A stretch of DNA of 64,000 bases. Source: Octopus vulgaris. Lineage: Eukaryota. The translations under genes were made by a program, and so were the position numbers. Of the stretch, positions 1 through 11,145 are shown piece after piece (the stretch's first letter is position 1; the number at the start of each line of letters is the position of its first letter). The stretch spans positions 175,522,001-175,586,000 of the forward strand of contig OX597816.1 in NCBI GenBank assembly GCA_951406725.2. Direction: 5' to 3'. The notes beneath the pieces were generated by a model that saw only the letters and a program-made list of their open reading frames with translations, ran no database searches and was not told where the DNA came from.

Positions 1-84
1 TTGACTGTCCTAATTGTTGTTTCTCTTGTCCGCCTTTGTGTCGTCTATCTGTCTGAATGTTTTATTGTCCTCCATTGCGCTTTT

Positions 85-86
85 GT

Positions 87-123
<37 letters not shown>

Positions 124-124
124 A

Positions 125-177
<53 letters not shown>

Positions 178-506
178 ATATATATGTATATATATATTTG
201 TATATGCATGTCAATATGTATATATATATATATATATATGTATGTATATATGTATGTATATATATATGTATATATATATTTGTATATGTATGTATATATG
301 TATGTATATATATATGTATATATATATTTGTATATGCATGTCAATATGTGTATATATATATATATGTATGTATATATGTATGTATATATATATGTATATA
401 TATATTTGTATATGCATGTCAATATGTGTATATATATATATAGGTATGTATATATGTATATGTATATATATGTGTATGTATATATGTATATATATGTATG
501 TATATA

Positions 507-537
<31 letters not shown>
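85..537. repeat. (TA)n/(TATG)n compound microsatellite
   Basis: Directly visible dinucleotide/tetranucleotide tract with a repeated TTTGTATATGCATGTCAATATG sub-unit. Confidence 0.95.
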
Positions 538-877
538 TACGGAGATGTACTCGCATAGCAAGTAATTTGATCTGAGATCGCGTGCTGAAACGAAAACAAT
601 TGCAGCGTGGAAGGTGTTTGTAAGCCATTTAAGAAATACACAAAAGCCGTTCGATTCACTTCAACATTTAAGTTTAATTTGTCAAAATATTTTCGTCGCT
701 AAAATCCGCGACCTGTTCACTGACAAAGTCCGTGCTGCAGCACGGACTTTGTCAGTGAACAGGTCGCGGATTTTAGCGACGAAAATATTTTGACAAATTA
801 AACTTAAATGTTGAAGTGAATCGAACGGCTTTTGTGTGTTTCTTAAATGGCTTATAAACACCTTCCATGCTGCAATT

Positions 878-880
<3 letters not shown>
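538..880. mobile_element. Fold-back Penelope-like pseudo-LTR relic (286-bp palindrome 595-880 plus unpaired tail 538-594) inside (TA)n
   Basis: Arms 595-737 and 738-880 are reverse complements (centre CGTGCTG|CAGCACG) with 3 mismatches. Each arm carries a hammerhead motif. TA repeats flank both sides. Confidence 0.7.
748..797 (+). ncRNA. Minimal type I hammerhead ribozyme motif, G3-C8 core variant (mirror copy 678-727 on -)
   Basis: TTTGTCA (stem I) GTGAACA g GTCGC ggatttta GCGAC (stem II) GAAA atat T T TGACAAA (stem I'). Stem I is 7 bp and stem III is a palindromic mini-stem. Confidence 0.65.
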
Positions 881-917
<37 letters not shown>

Positions 918-921
<4 letters not shown>

Positions 922-1810
922 AATGGATGAATGAATTATCCTTTGTTTACCGTTAACATGGAAAATTCAATAAACCGTTACCAGGGTAGCAAAATTCACG
1001 CAAGTAACACGGATGTAGTGACCTATTCAAAGGTAGAAACTCCAGGTTAATGTGCAGTAATTTGTGTATTATAAGTAAATAAATGGAGTTGAACAAAGAT
1101 GTTATTAAAATTCTTTTACTTTCGACATATGTTTCGAAGACAACATAGTATTATTCCAAAGGAATAAATGGTGTAAAATGCAATCTTCTCATCAGGAAAG
1201 AAAGAGAGAGCCTCTCTCAACAACAAGACATTATAACAATTACGATGACTGCCTAAATGATAAACAGAACGTTATTAAGTATTTAAAAAACCGTTAGTAG
1301 ATTTGACGTCAAAGGCAGACCCTAGAAAGACAAGGGGTAAAGGAATGATAAGTAGAGAACAAATAGAGAGGGATACGTTGATTGAAAAAATGTTCAAAGG
1401 CTTAGAAGCAGATTTCTCTATTGAAGTAAAGTGCAAGTTGAACTAAATGTTCAAACTATAAAGACTGGTAAAAATCACTTATATGAGCTAAAGGTATGTT
1501 TCTGCCAGTGCTTACATTTGTAAGATCGCTCTATAAGTGTGTTAACAAGGTGATTCTTAGAGAAGAGAATATGGAAGAGTTCTGAGTTGCAAATGTTACA
1601 AAATCCTTTGCCCTTATCATAAGGGAAAGATACGGACAGGATGAACCAATCTAACTTAAAATCTTTATTGTTGTCTTTCGATTCAAACTTTTGCTGTAAA
1701 CTACCTTTAAATTCATCCCGTTACCTACATAGTAATATTTCTGCGGAATTGATTAACCCATAGTTATCACTATTCTTGTCTATTTCAGCCTCACGTCTAG
1801 TGTTAAATAT
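918..1810 (-). mobile_element. Penelope-like element terminal fragment (pLTR-like)
   Basis: Abuts (TA)n and contains a canonical hammerhead at 1119-1200. No coding frame was recognised. Confidence 0.5.
1119..1200 (-). ncRNA. Canonical-core type I hammerhead ribozyme motif
   Basis: Minus strand reads CTTTC CTGATGA GAAGA...TCTTC GAAA CATATG TC GAAAG: intact CUGAUGA/GAAA core, palindromic stem III, GUC cleavage triplet, 5-bp stem I. Confidence 0.8.
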
Positions 1811-3085
1811 ATCATCATCATCATCATCATCGTTTAACGTCCGCTTTCCATGCTAGCATGGGTTGGACGGTTCAACTGGGGTCTGGGGAGCCCGAAGGCT
1901 GCACCAGGCCAGTCAGATCTGGCAGAGTTTCTACAGCTGGATGCCCTTCCTAACGCCAACCACTCCGAGAGTGTAGTGGGTGATTTTATGTGCCACCGAC
2001 AGGTGCCAGACGAGGCTGGCGAACAGCCACGCTCAGATGGTGTTTTTATGTGCCACCGACACAGGTGCCAGACGAGGCTGGCAGACGGCCACGCTCGGAT
2101 GGTGTTTTTATGTGCCACCGACACAGGTGCCAGACGAGGCTGGCAGACGGCCACGCTCGGACGGTGTTTGTTACGTGCCCACAGCACGGAGGCCAGTCGA
2201 TGCGGTACTGGCTACGGTCCCGTTCGGATGGTTTTCTTATGTGCCACCGGCACTGGTACCACAAGGATACAAATTCCATTGATGTTCATCTATTTTGATT
2301 TGGTTTGACTTGATTCGATTTGACTTTGATTTGATTTGCCTCAACAGGTCTTCACAAGTGTCACAAGCAGGAAGGTATGCACAGGCGGACTGACTACGTC
2401 CCAGGTAGGGGCCACGGGTTATGGCTTCACTAGTCTTGCCGGGTCTTCTCACGCACAGCATACTTCCATAGGTCTCGGTCTCTAGTCATTTCCATGGTGA
2501 GACCTAACGTTCGAAGGTCGTGCTTCACCACCTCGTCCCAGGTTTTCCTGGGTCTACCTCTTCCACGGGTTCCCTCAACTGCTAGGGATTGGCACTTTCT
2601 CACACACCTATCTTCATCCATTCTCGCCACATGACCATACCAGCGCAATCGTCTCTCTTGCACGCAACAACTGATGCTTCTTAGGTACAACATTTCTCTT
2701 AGGGAACTAACACTCTGTCAAGTAAGTACACTGACATTACACATCCATCGGAGCATACTGGCTTCATTCCTCATGAGCTTACGCATGTCCTCAGCAGTCA
2801 CGGCCCATGTTTCACTGCCATGTAGCATGGCAGTTCGAACACATGCATCATACAGTCTGCCCTTTACTCTGAGCGAGAAGCCTTTAGTCACCAGCAGAGG
2901 TAAGAGCTCCCTAAACTTTGCCCAGGCTATTCTTATTCTAGCAGTTACACTCTCAGCGCACCCACCCCCACTACTGACTTGGTCACCTAGATAACGGAAG
3001 CTATCAACTACTTCTAATTTTTCCCCCTGGAAAGTGACGGAAGTTGTTTTCTGCAGATTTTCGGAGGTCAATGCTCCCGAGCATC
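1811..3085 (-). mobile_element. 5'-truncated RTE-clade LINE (RT C-terminus, 3' UTR, (GAT)n tail)
   Basis: ORFs 2718-3071 and 2430-2693 (FRYLG, LHGSETW, RRLRWYGHVARM, RGRPRKTW). The 3' UTR has ~52-bp tandem units and a (CAT)n tail at 1811-1831. Confidence 0.92.
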
Positions 3086-3244
3086 TATATAATTCTATAG
3101 TTTCCTCTTATCGATGTCCAAGATAAATTTCAGCCTCACGTCTTGTGTTAAATATATATATAATTCTATGGTTCCTCTCAATTATCGATGTCTAAGATAA
3201 ATTTAGCTCACGCATCTCCCCTAAATCTGCAAAATATCTCTCTC

Positions 3245-4510
3245 TCAATTAGGTTAGTTTAGATGAGATGCAGTTTGGGTTTGTGCCAGGGAAAAGTACT
3301 ACTGATGCTATATTCCTGGTAAGACAGCTGCAGGAGAAATACCTAGCCAAAGATAAGCCCCTGTACCTGGTTTTGTTGACATGGAGAAAGCCTTTGACAG
3401 GGTCCCCCGATCCCTTATCTGGTGGTCAATGAGGAAACTAGAGATAAATGAATGGTTAGTGAGAGCTGTGCGAGCCATGTACAGGGATGCTGCTAGTAAG
3501 GTGAGGGTTGGCAATGAATACAGTGAAGAATTCCAGGTAGAGGTAGGGGTCCACCAAGGTTCACTCCTCAGCCCCCTCCTATTTATCATAGTACTCCAGG
3601 CAATAACAGAGGAATTCAAGACAGGATGCCCCTGGGAGCTCCTCTATGCTGATGACCTTGCTCTAATTGCTGAGTCACTTTCAGAACTGGAGGAGAAGTT
3701 TCAGGTATGGAAACAAGGATTAGAATCAAAGGGCCTTAGAGTCAATCTAGCTAAAACCAAAGTCCTAATAAGTAGGAAGGTAGACAAATCACAAATGCCT
3801 TCAGGTAGATGGCCCTGCTCGATCTGTAGTAAAGGCATAGGTAGAAACTCTATAAGATGCACCAAGTGTAAGCTATGGACACATAAGAGGTGCAGCAATG
3901 TCAAAGGAAGGCTAACTAGGAAAATAGTTTTTGTATGTGGCAGATGCTCAGGAGCAATAAACACTGAAAATGTGCAGAGATCAACTTCCGCCACATTCCA
4001 GGGAGAAAAACTAGAAATAGTTAATAGCTTCCGTTACCTGGCGGTTGAGGGAACCTGTGGAAGAGGTAGACCCAGGAAAACCTGGGATGAGGTGGTTAAG
4101 AACGACCTTCGAACTTTAGGTCTCACCGAGGAAATGACCAGAGACCGAGACCTTTGGAAGTATGTTGTGCGTGGGAAGACCCAGCAGAACAAGTGAGACC
4201 ATAACCCGTGGCCTCTACCTGGGATGTAGCCAGCCCACTTATGCATACCTTTCCTTCTTGTGACACAAACCCTACTTGTGAAGACCTGTTGAGGCAAGTG
4301 AAAATCGAAATTGAAATCGTTCAACATCAATGGAAATTGTAGCTGAGATACCAGTACCGCTGGCACGTAAGAGAACCATCTGAACGTGGCCATTGCCAGC
4401 ACCGCCCCGACTGGCCTCCGTGCCAGTGGCATGTAAAAAGCACCATCCGTCCGTGGCCGTTTGCCAGCCCCGTCTGGCACCTGTGCGGGTGGCACATAAA
4501 AAGCACCCAT
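3245..4510 (+). mobile_element. RTE-clade LINE fragment with internal deletion
   Basis: ORF 3381-4196: KAFDRV, GVHQGS.LSP.LF, LLYADDL, Cys-rich CSIC/CTKC..HKRC/CGRC motif. Jumps from SFRYL directly to AVEGT. Partial 3' UTR. Confidence 0.92.
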
Positions 4511-4577
4511 ATGTATATATGTATGTGTATATATGTATGTATGTATATATGTATATATATGTATGTATGTATATATT

Positions 4578-4609
<32 letters not shown>

Positions 4610-4612
<3 letters not shown>

Positions 4613-4965
4613 TACAAATAAGAAAATGGAGAAGCACATTAGTTGGCTCATCATTTTTAGGATATTAAAATGTTGACTTATTAATTTATCAAAATGACAA
4701 CCATAATAATATACGTATATATAGTATAAATTGAATGCATATAAGATAAGAATACAAGTAGTTATTAAAAAGCATGCATATAAATTATCAAAATCACTTA
4801 CAGCTGTTTCAGCCTATGGAAAATTGTAATTTATTGTGCCTATATAAGTCAAGTGTATTGAGGTGGTAGGCAGTTGAAAATGAGGTACTTATATTAGTCC
4901 CTAGGCCTCGTCACATATTATAAAGTACAATAAAAAATATAAATATATAAATGAAACAAATTACA
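4610..4965 (-). mobile_element. Penelope-like pLTR relic with degenerate hammerhead (about 4795-4915)
   Basis: Minus strand gTGACGA GGCCTA...TAGGCT GAAA CAGCTG TA. Stem I is not intact. Flanked by (TA)n. Confidence 0.45.
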
Positions 4966-4972
4966 TGCACAA

Positions 4973-5005
<33 letters not shown>

Positions 5006-5007
<2 letters not shown>

Positions 5008-6307
5008 GAAACTCTATAAGATGCACCAAGTGTAAGCTATGGACACATAAGAGGTGCAGTAATATCAAAGGAAGGCTAACAGGGAAGATAGTTTTTGTAT
5101 GTGGCAGATGCTCGGGAGCAATAAGCACTGAAAATGTGCAGAGAACAACTTCCACCACATTCCAGGGAGAAAAACTAGAAGTAGTTGATAGCTTCCGTTA
5201 CCGAGGTGACCAAGTCAGTAGCGGAGGAGGGTGCACTGAAAGTGTAGCTGCTAGAATAAGAATAGCCTGGGCAAAGTTCAGAGAGCTCTTACCTCTGCTG
5301 GTGACAAAGGACCTCTCGCTCAGAGTAAAAGGTAGACTGTATGATGCTTGTGTATGAACAGCCATGCTACATGGCAGTGAAACATGGGCCATGACTGCTG
5401 AGGACATGCGTAAACTCACAAGGAATGAAGCCAGTATGATCCGATGGATGTGTAATGTCAGTGTTCATACTCGACAGAGTGTAAGTACCTTGAGAGAAAA
5501 GCTGGACCTAAGAAGCATCAGATGTGGTGTGCAAGAGAGACGACTGCGCTGGTTTGGTCATGTGGCAAGAATGGATGAGGACAGCTGTGTGAAAAAGTGC
5601 CACACCCTAGCGGTTGAGGGAAGCTATGGAAGAGGTAAACCCAGGAAAACCTGGGACGAGGTGGTGAAGCACGACCTTCGAACTTTAGGTCTCACCGAGG
5701 CAATGACTAGTGACCGAGACTTTTGGAAATATGCTGTGCATGAGAAGACCCGGCAAGACTAGTGAGACCATAATCTCATGGCCTGTGCCAGGGGCGTTAC
5801 GAGCCCACTTATGCATACCTTTCCCTTCTTTGGACACTAAAACTCTGCTTGCGAAGACCTGTTGAGGCAAGTGAAATCAAATCGAAATCAAAATCGAATT
5901 CGATGAGTGGCGTCCGTGCTAGCAGGGTGTAAGGAGCACCATATGAGTGTGATCATTGACAGAGTGGTTAACCGGCTTCCATGCCAGTGGCACTTAAAGG
6001 GCACCATTCGAGCATGATCGTTATCAAAGTTGCCTTACTGGCACCTGTGCCGGTGGCATGTGTAAAAGGATTCGAGCAAGGTCGTTGCCAGTACTGCCTG
6101 ACTGGCCCCCGTGGTGCTGGTACATAAAAAGCATCCACTACACTCTCAGAGTGGTTGGCATTAGGAAGGGCATCCAGCTGTAGAAACTCTGCCAAATCAA
6201 GATTGGAGCCTGGTGCAGCCATCTGGTTCGCCAGCCCTCAGTCAAAATCGTCCAACCCATGCTAGCATGGAAAGCGGATGTTAAACGATGATGAGGATGA
6301 TGATGAT
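5006..6307 (+). mobile_element. 5'-truncated RTE-clade LINE with complete 3' UTR and (GAT)n tail
   Basis: ORFs 4965-5357 and 5364-5762 are the same family as 1811-3085, with an in-frame stop at 5355. Ends ...GTTAAACGATGATGAGGATGATGATGAT. Confidence 0.92.
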
Positions 6308-6449
6308 ATATATACATAAGCACATATATACACATATATGTGTACATAAATATAGAAATGGACATAATTATACATACGTACAAGCATATAGACAATTATA
6401 TATACTAGAGCGTACATATACATCCATATCTATGAGTACACATATAATA

Positions 6450-6464
6450 TTTAATTATTACTAA

Positions 6465-6517
<53 letters not shown>

Positions 6518-6530
6518 GTAATAATATTAG
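6450..6530. repeat. (ATT)n microsatellite
   Basis: Direct observation. Confidence 0.9.
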
Positions 6531-6809
6531 CTTGTGTGTATTCTTCACTTCACAATACATAGTATAAGAAATTTAACTATATAGTATACTATAATATAAT
6601 ATAAACAGATATTTATGAAAGATGTAATTTTATTAATTTTACAATCACAGTTAATATATTCATATATCATCCAGTTAATATAGAGTTATTACATTATTAT
6701 TCTGCAGACACATATGTACATGCGTGTGGGCAGCAAATACATGCATATGCATATATATACATATGTACAAATCCCTTAGTGGGTTGGATCCACAACCCCT
6801 AACTTACTT

Positions 6810-6863
<54 letters not shown>

Positions 6864-6921
6864 TATATATATGTATGTATATATTTGTATGTATATATAT
6901 ATGTGTGTGTGTGTATATGTA

Positions 6922-6960
<39 letters not shown>

Positions 6961-7428
6961 GTTTAAATATTTGTTGTGCAAGATCTTTTATGTGAAGTCG
7001 TGTGTTGAAACAGATATTGTTATATTTCGGAATGGTCATATTGCCAGTTTAGCCAATAAAAACACACGCACTATATATTTGGTGTTATTTTGCTTCAGTG
7101 ATATTTATTTTTTACATTAATCTTAATCTTATTTCGGCCAAAGTTCTTTCGTCACACTCCTGTGACCGCATCAGTGGTCCTTTGTTTTCTTCTCACTTAC
7201 TTGTGTCTCTCCTTACTAACCGTCAGACGGTTAGTAAGGAGAGACACAAGTAAGTGAGAAGAAAACAAAGGACCACTGATGCGGTCACAGGAGTGTGACG
7301 AAAGAACTTTGGCCGAAATAGGATTAAGATTAATGTAAAAAATAAATATCACTGAAGCAAAATAACACCAAATATATAGTGCGTGTGTTTTTATTGGCTA
7401 AACTGGCAATATGACCATTCCGAAATAT

Positions 7429-7436
<8 letters not shown>
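6961..7436. mobile_element. Fold-back Penelope-like pLTR relic (423-bp palindrome 7014-7436 plus unpaired tail 6961-7013) inside (TA)n
   Basis: Two 211-bp arms around A7225 (CCGTC A GACGG) with one mismatch. Hammerhead-like motif in each arm. TA repeats on both sides. Confidence 0.7.
7271..7314 (+). ncRNA. Hammerhead-like motif (A9 replaced; mirror copy 7136-7179 on -)
   Basis: GACCA CTGATGC g GTCACA ggag TGTGAC GAAA gaac T T TGGCC. Stem II is 6 bp and stem I is imperfect. Confidence 0.5.
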
Positions 7437-7475
<39 letters not shown>

Positions 7476-7782
7476 TATGTATATATATGTGTATATATGT
7501 GCATATATATGTGCATATATATGTGTATATATATGTGTGTATATATGTGCATATATATGTGCATATATATGTGCATATATATGTGTATATATATGTGTAT
7601 ATATATGTGTATATATGTGCATATATATGTGCATATATATGTGCATATATATGTGCATATATATGTGCATATATATGTGTATATATATGTGTATATATAT
7701 GTATGTATATATGTGTATATATATATATGTATATATATGTATACATATATATATGTGTGTGTATGTATGTATGTATGTGTAT

Positions 7783-7815
<33 letters not shown>

Positions 7816-7823
7816 CATACATA
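7437..7823. repeat. (TA)n / (TATATATGTGCA)n / (CA)n compound microsatellite
   Basis: Direct observation. Confidence 0.9.
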
Positions 7824-7834
7824 CCCAGTATCGT

Positions 7835-8030
7835 TATCATGCTGGGCAAAATGCCTAGCAACATTTTGTCTGTCTTCCCATTCTGGGTTTTAATTCGACT
7901 GAGGCTGACTGTGCCTTTCATCCTTTTTGGGTCAATAAATTAAGTACCAGTTGAGAACTGGATTGAGTGTAATCAACTTACCCCCTCCCCCGAAATTGCT
8001 GGGTTTGTGCCAAATTGTGAAACCACTATT
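7835..8030 (+). mobile_element. SINE fragment (family with GCCTTTCATCCTTT...AAGTACCAG central motif)
   Basis: The same motif recurs at about 10555-10770 (-), 10775-10975 (+) and 21060-21230 (+). Confidence 0.65.
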
Positions 8031-8094
8031 AACCTGTTAATCTATCTGAAACCGTTATCCACACAACTAACGTTTGGTGTTTTATATTCCACAG

Positions 8095-8177
8095 GTTTGG
8101 TCGTAAGAGGACAATTTTTCTTTTAGTATCAAGCACTGGTGTGTTATCCACTTCGGTCCTGATTTTCCACATATTTG
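8095..8177 (+). CDS. SLC22-family organic cation transporter, internal exon: (R)FGRKRTIFLLVSSTGVLSTSVLIFHIF
   Basis: ccacag|G acceptor and G|gtaagt donor. MFS loop motif R-x-G-R-K/R. Phase 2 to 1, matching the next exon. Confidence 0.85.
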
Positions 8178-8559
8178 GTAAGTTCTCAAATGAACTTATA
8201 TAGTTTTATGGAATGGTAAATTACTGTAATTACTCTGTCTCTTGTCTTTTGTAAATTGCTTGTGTAGAATGTAGGAGTTGATGCCAAAAATTGTGGAGAT
8301 GTGATTTGGTACATTGTGAAAGAGATTTTTATGTAGACAGCTTTAACGGTGTGTTTCAAGTAGTTGTGAATGGTGATGTTAGTTAAAAATATTGTTGATG
8401 GTTGTTGTGAAGCCCTAAGTCAACCTTAATCAAGTTGTGACCATCACATCTTTTTAGAAGTATGTAGGATCATGTAATCTAGCATGGTTTGTTGTCATTT
8501 AAAATAAAAGGTGATTTGAGGGAGATTTCACTATTATTTCTAGGCAGCTAAACAATCAT

Positions 8560-8910
8560 GCAGAGGTGCCCTCCTTGGTGAAGGGGTGATGGAGAAAAAT
8601 GGTTCTAGTAAGATGGTGAGGAGTGATGATCATGGTAGTGATTGAAGTGGTGCTTGTAAATAATGGTGGTGTTTGTATTAAAAGTATTGGTATTGGTTAA
8701 GATGAGGAGGATATTGACTGTGGTGATGATGTTTTTAATAATGGTGAAGGTGGTGAGGATGTTAGTGGTAATAGAGACGATGTTAATAATGATGAAGTGA
8801 CACAGGTGATGGTTGCAGTGGTAGTAGTGGTGGTGTTGAGAATGATGATGAAGTTGATAGTGGATTATGTTGAAGGTAGTGGCAGTCGTGGTGTTAGTAG
8901 TGATGCTGAA
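8560..8910. repeat. Degenerate (GGT/GAT)n low-complexity tract
   Basis: Direct observation. Confidence 0.7.
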
Positions 8911-9992
8911 AGGTTCTTACGGATATATATTTTAGTAGCTGAAACCAGATTTAATAACCTGAATTCATGTCATAGTTATGAGTTCAAATCATTCTACAGT
9001 TCTTCTGTTGTGCTTGGGCACAAAGCACATTACTTTGTTTCTCCTCCAAATATTAATAGAACCCTTTGCAGTTTTTCCAAATGTTAGGCCTCGACTGCCA
9101 CTGAGGTTTTCTCCTGGCAAGACATTTAATATAGCAAAGATTAGCCTAACCTCTTCAGAGCCAAAAAATACTTCAGCCTCCAACAACCCTGCAACATTTA
9201 GATGAAATCCATAAGTACTGCTTCCACATCTGGTATGGTGCTGTTACACTTACAAACAGCCTTGATCATGTCCAGAGGAAGACTGGAGTCCATCACAGGC
9301 ATGTTACGGTCATAGCCTACAGGTCTGTTGCTTCCTCTCTCTATTGTCGCTACAGAAGCCTCAACTCCTAATCACTGGCAGTCATCTTTCTTCTCATCCA
9401 TTCATGCTCTCACGGCTCAGTTGTCTCTTTCTCTCCCAAGACCTCTATTCTATCAATCCAAAGAGTTTGCCCAGATGTTATTCTCCAGAATATCTTTCCT
9501 CTAGAAACGCTGTTCAACACTTGGCATTTATGCTGTTGTTGACTTCACCACTTAAAGTGGAATATTAACGACACCAGTCCCCCTTTTTTAGGGGGGCGGG
9601 GTCTTGCAAAGATCATGAACAGTGTCCTTTTCTTTAAACATAACTAATAAAAAGAATTTCAACTAAAGTAGCTTTCTATCACTTAACATGCTAGAAATAC
9701 CCACAAAATCCCTTTTGACTCACAATCTGCTACTCCTCTAAAAAGGCAAAGGACACATTGGATAATTTATTCTTGGGTATCTCTAAAATACTGGATGAGC
9801 ACTGTTGATATGTCTTTGATCATTGTTCTATTTCATTAGAGTTCTGCTGCCGTTAAACATCATCATCTTTAACAACCACAATGAAAACTGCTTTGGCTAC
9901 TTTTTCCCACCTTTCTTTCAAGGCAATCTTTGTTTATAACATATATGTTTCAATTTGTTTTATAGTAGCTGCTATCATTTTGCTTGTATGTA

Positions 9993-10504
9993 CCATAAAT
10001 CCTTGAGTATAGTCCACCCTTGAGTATAATACGCAGGGGATTTTTAGGGGGTTGTAGCTCTGAAAAACCTAAACCTTGTGTATAATATGCACCCCTTCTC
10101 TAACTTGAGTCAAGGAGGTCTATATAGCGTCCTTGGTTTGTAAGACTGTATACGGTAACGTCCTTTATTATTACTGTATATATAACATGATGCAAACGTG
10201 TAGCTTTTTTGTGCATTTTGTTTGCAGAAAATAAAGAAATAACAGTAATAACGTTTAATAAATGTTGCTTACTGCAAGTTATGGATGATTCTTTTATGAC
10301 TTCATTGCTTTCAGGCTTAGCTTAAGGTATTTTTGCGCCTGAAATCACAAAATGCATCTGAATAAACATTGCCGGACAGCAAATAGAGACTCGGACATTG
10401 CTTAGAGAATAATTTTCATTTTAAACCTCGTATATAGTATGCACTAGGGATTTTGACCTTTAAATTTTGGGGGAAAAATGCGGATTATACTCGAGGATTT
10501 ACGG
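9993..10504. mobile_element. Tc1/mariner-superfamily (pogo/Tigger-like) MITE
   Basis: TIRs CCATAAATCCTTGAGTATA.. and ..TATACTCGAGGATTTACGG, with TA on both sides (9991-9992, 10505-10506). Confidence 0.8.
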
Positions 10505-10554
10505 TATACATGATAATCCTTGAGTATCACTTGTATTACTTATTTTCTGTTATT

Positions 10555-10975
10555 AATATTGGTTTCAAATTTTTGCACAAGGCCAGTAAGGAGAGTTTAA
10601 GTTAATCAGATCAATCCCCAGGGCTCAACTGGTCCTTATTTATCCACCCTGAAAAGATGAAAGACAAAGTTGACCCCAGCAGAATTCAAGCTCAAATTGT
10701 GAAGATGGATGAAATACTGCTAAGCATTTTGCCCGGTGTACTAACGATTCTGCCAGCTTGCTGCTGTTTCTTGTGAAGGTGGCCAGCTGGCAGAATTGTT
10801 TCTGTGCTGGGCAGCATTTCAACTGTATTCATATTATGAGTTCAAGTTCCGTCATGGTCAACTTTGTCTTTCATCCTTTTGGGATCATTAAAATAAGTAC
10901 CAGTTGTGTACTGGTAACTGACTATCCCTCTTCCCTGAAATTACTGGCCTAGTGTTAAAATTTGAAAACAATATT
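10555..10975. mobile_element. Two related SINE copies in inverted (head-to-head) arrangement
   Basis: 10555-10770 (-) and 10775-10975 (+) share the CTTTCATC/AAGTACCAG/TTTGAAA motifs. Confidence 0.6.
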
Positions 10976-11145
10976 AATACCTAGCACTCTTACTGGAGGA
11001 GTAACAGGTGTGTAATGTTACTCCCAGTAAAACTAAAAAATACTTCTCATCCCATATTATTACTTGCATTTACGACTGCTTCTCTTTCACTGTCCATCTG
11101 CAGTGATAATGTAGTATTACAGAATGTAATTGTTATTATTTACAG

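Noticed and set aside
1-565. Long Y/I/M/C/V/H/T-rich ORFs here and at 6724-7943, 12572-13177, 23008-23823, 31596-32947 and 48921-49173
   Set aside because: Translations of (TA)n/(CA)n/(TACA)n microsatellites, which lack stop codons; not genes.
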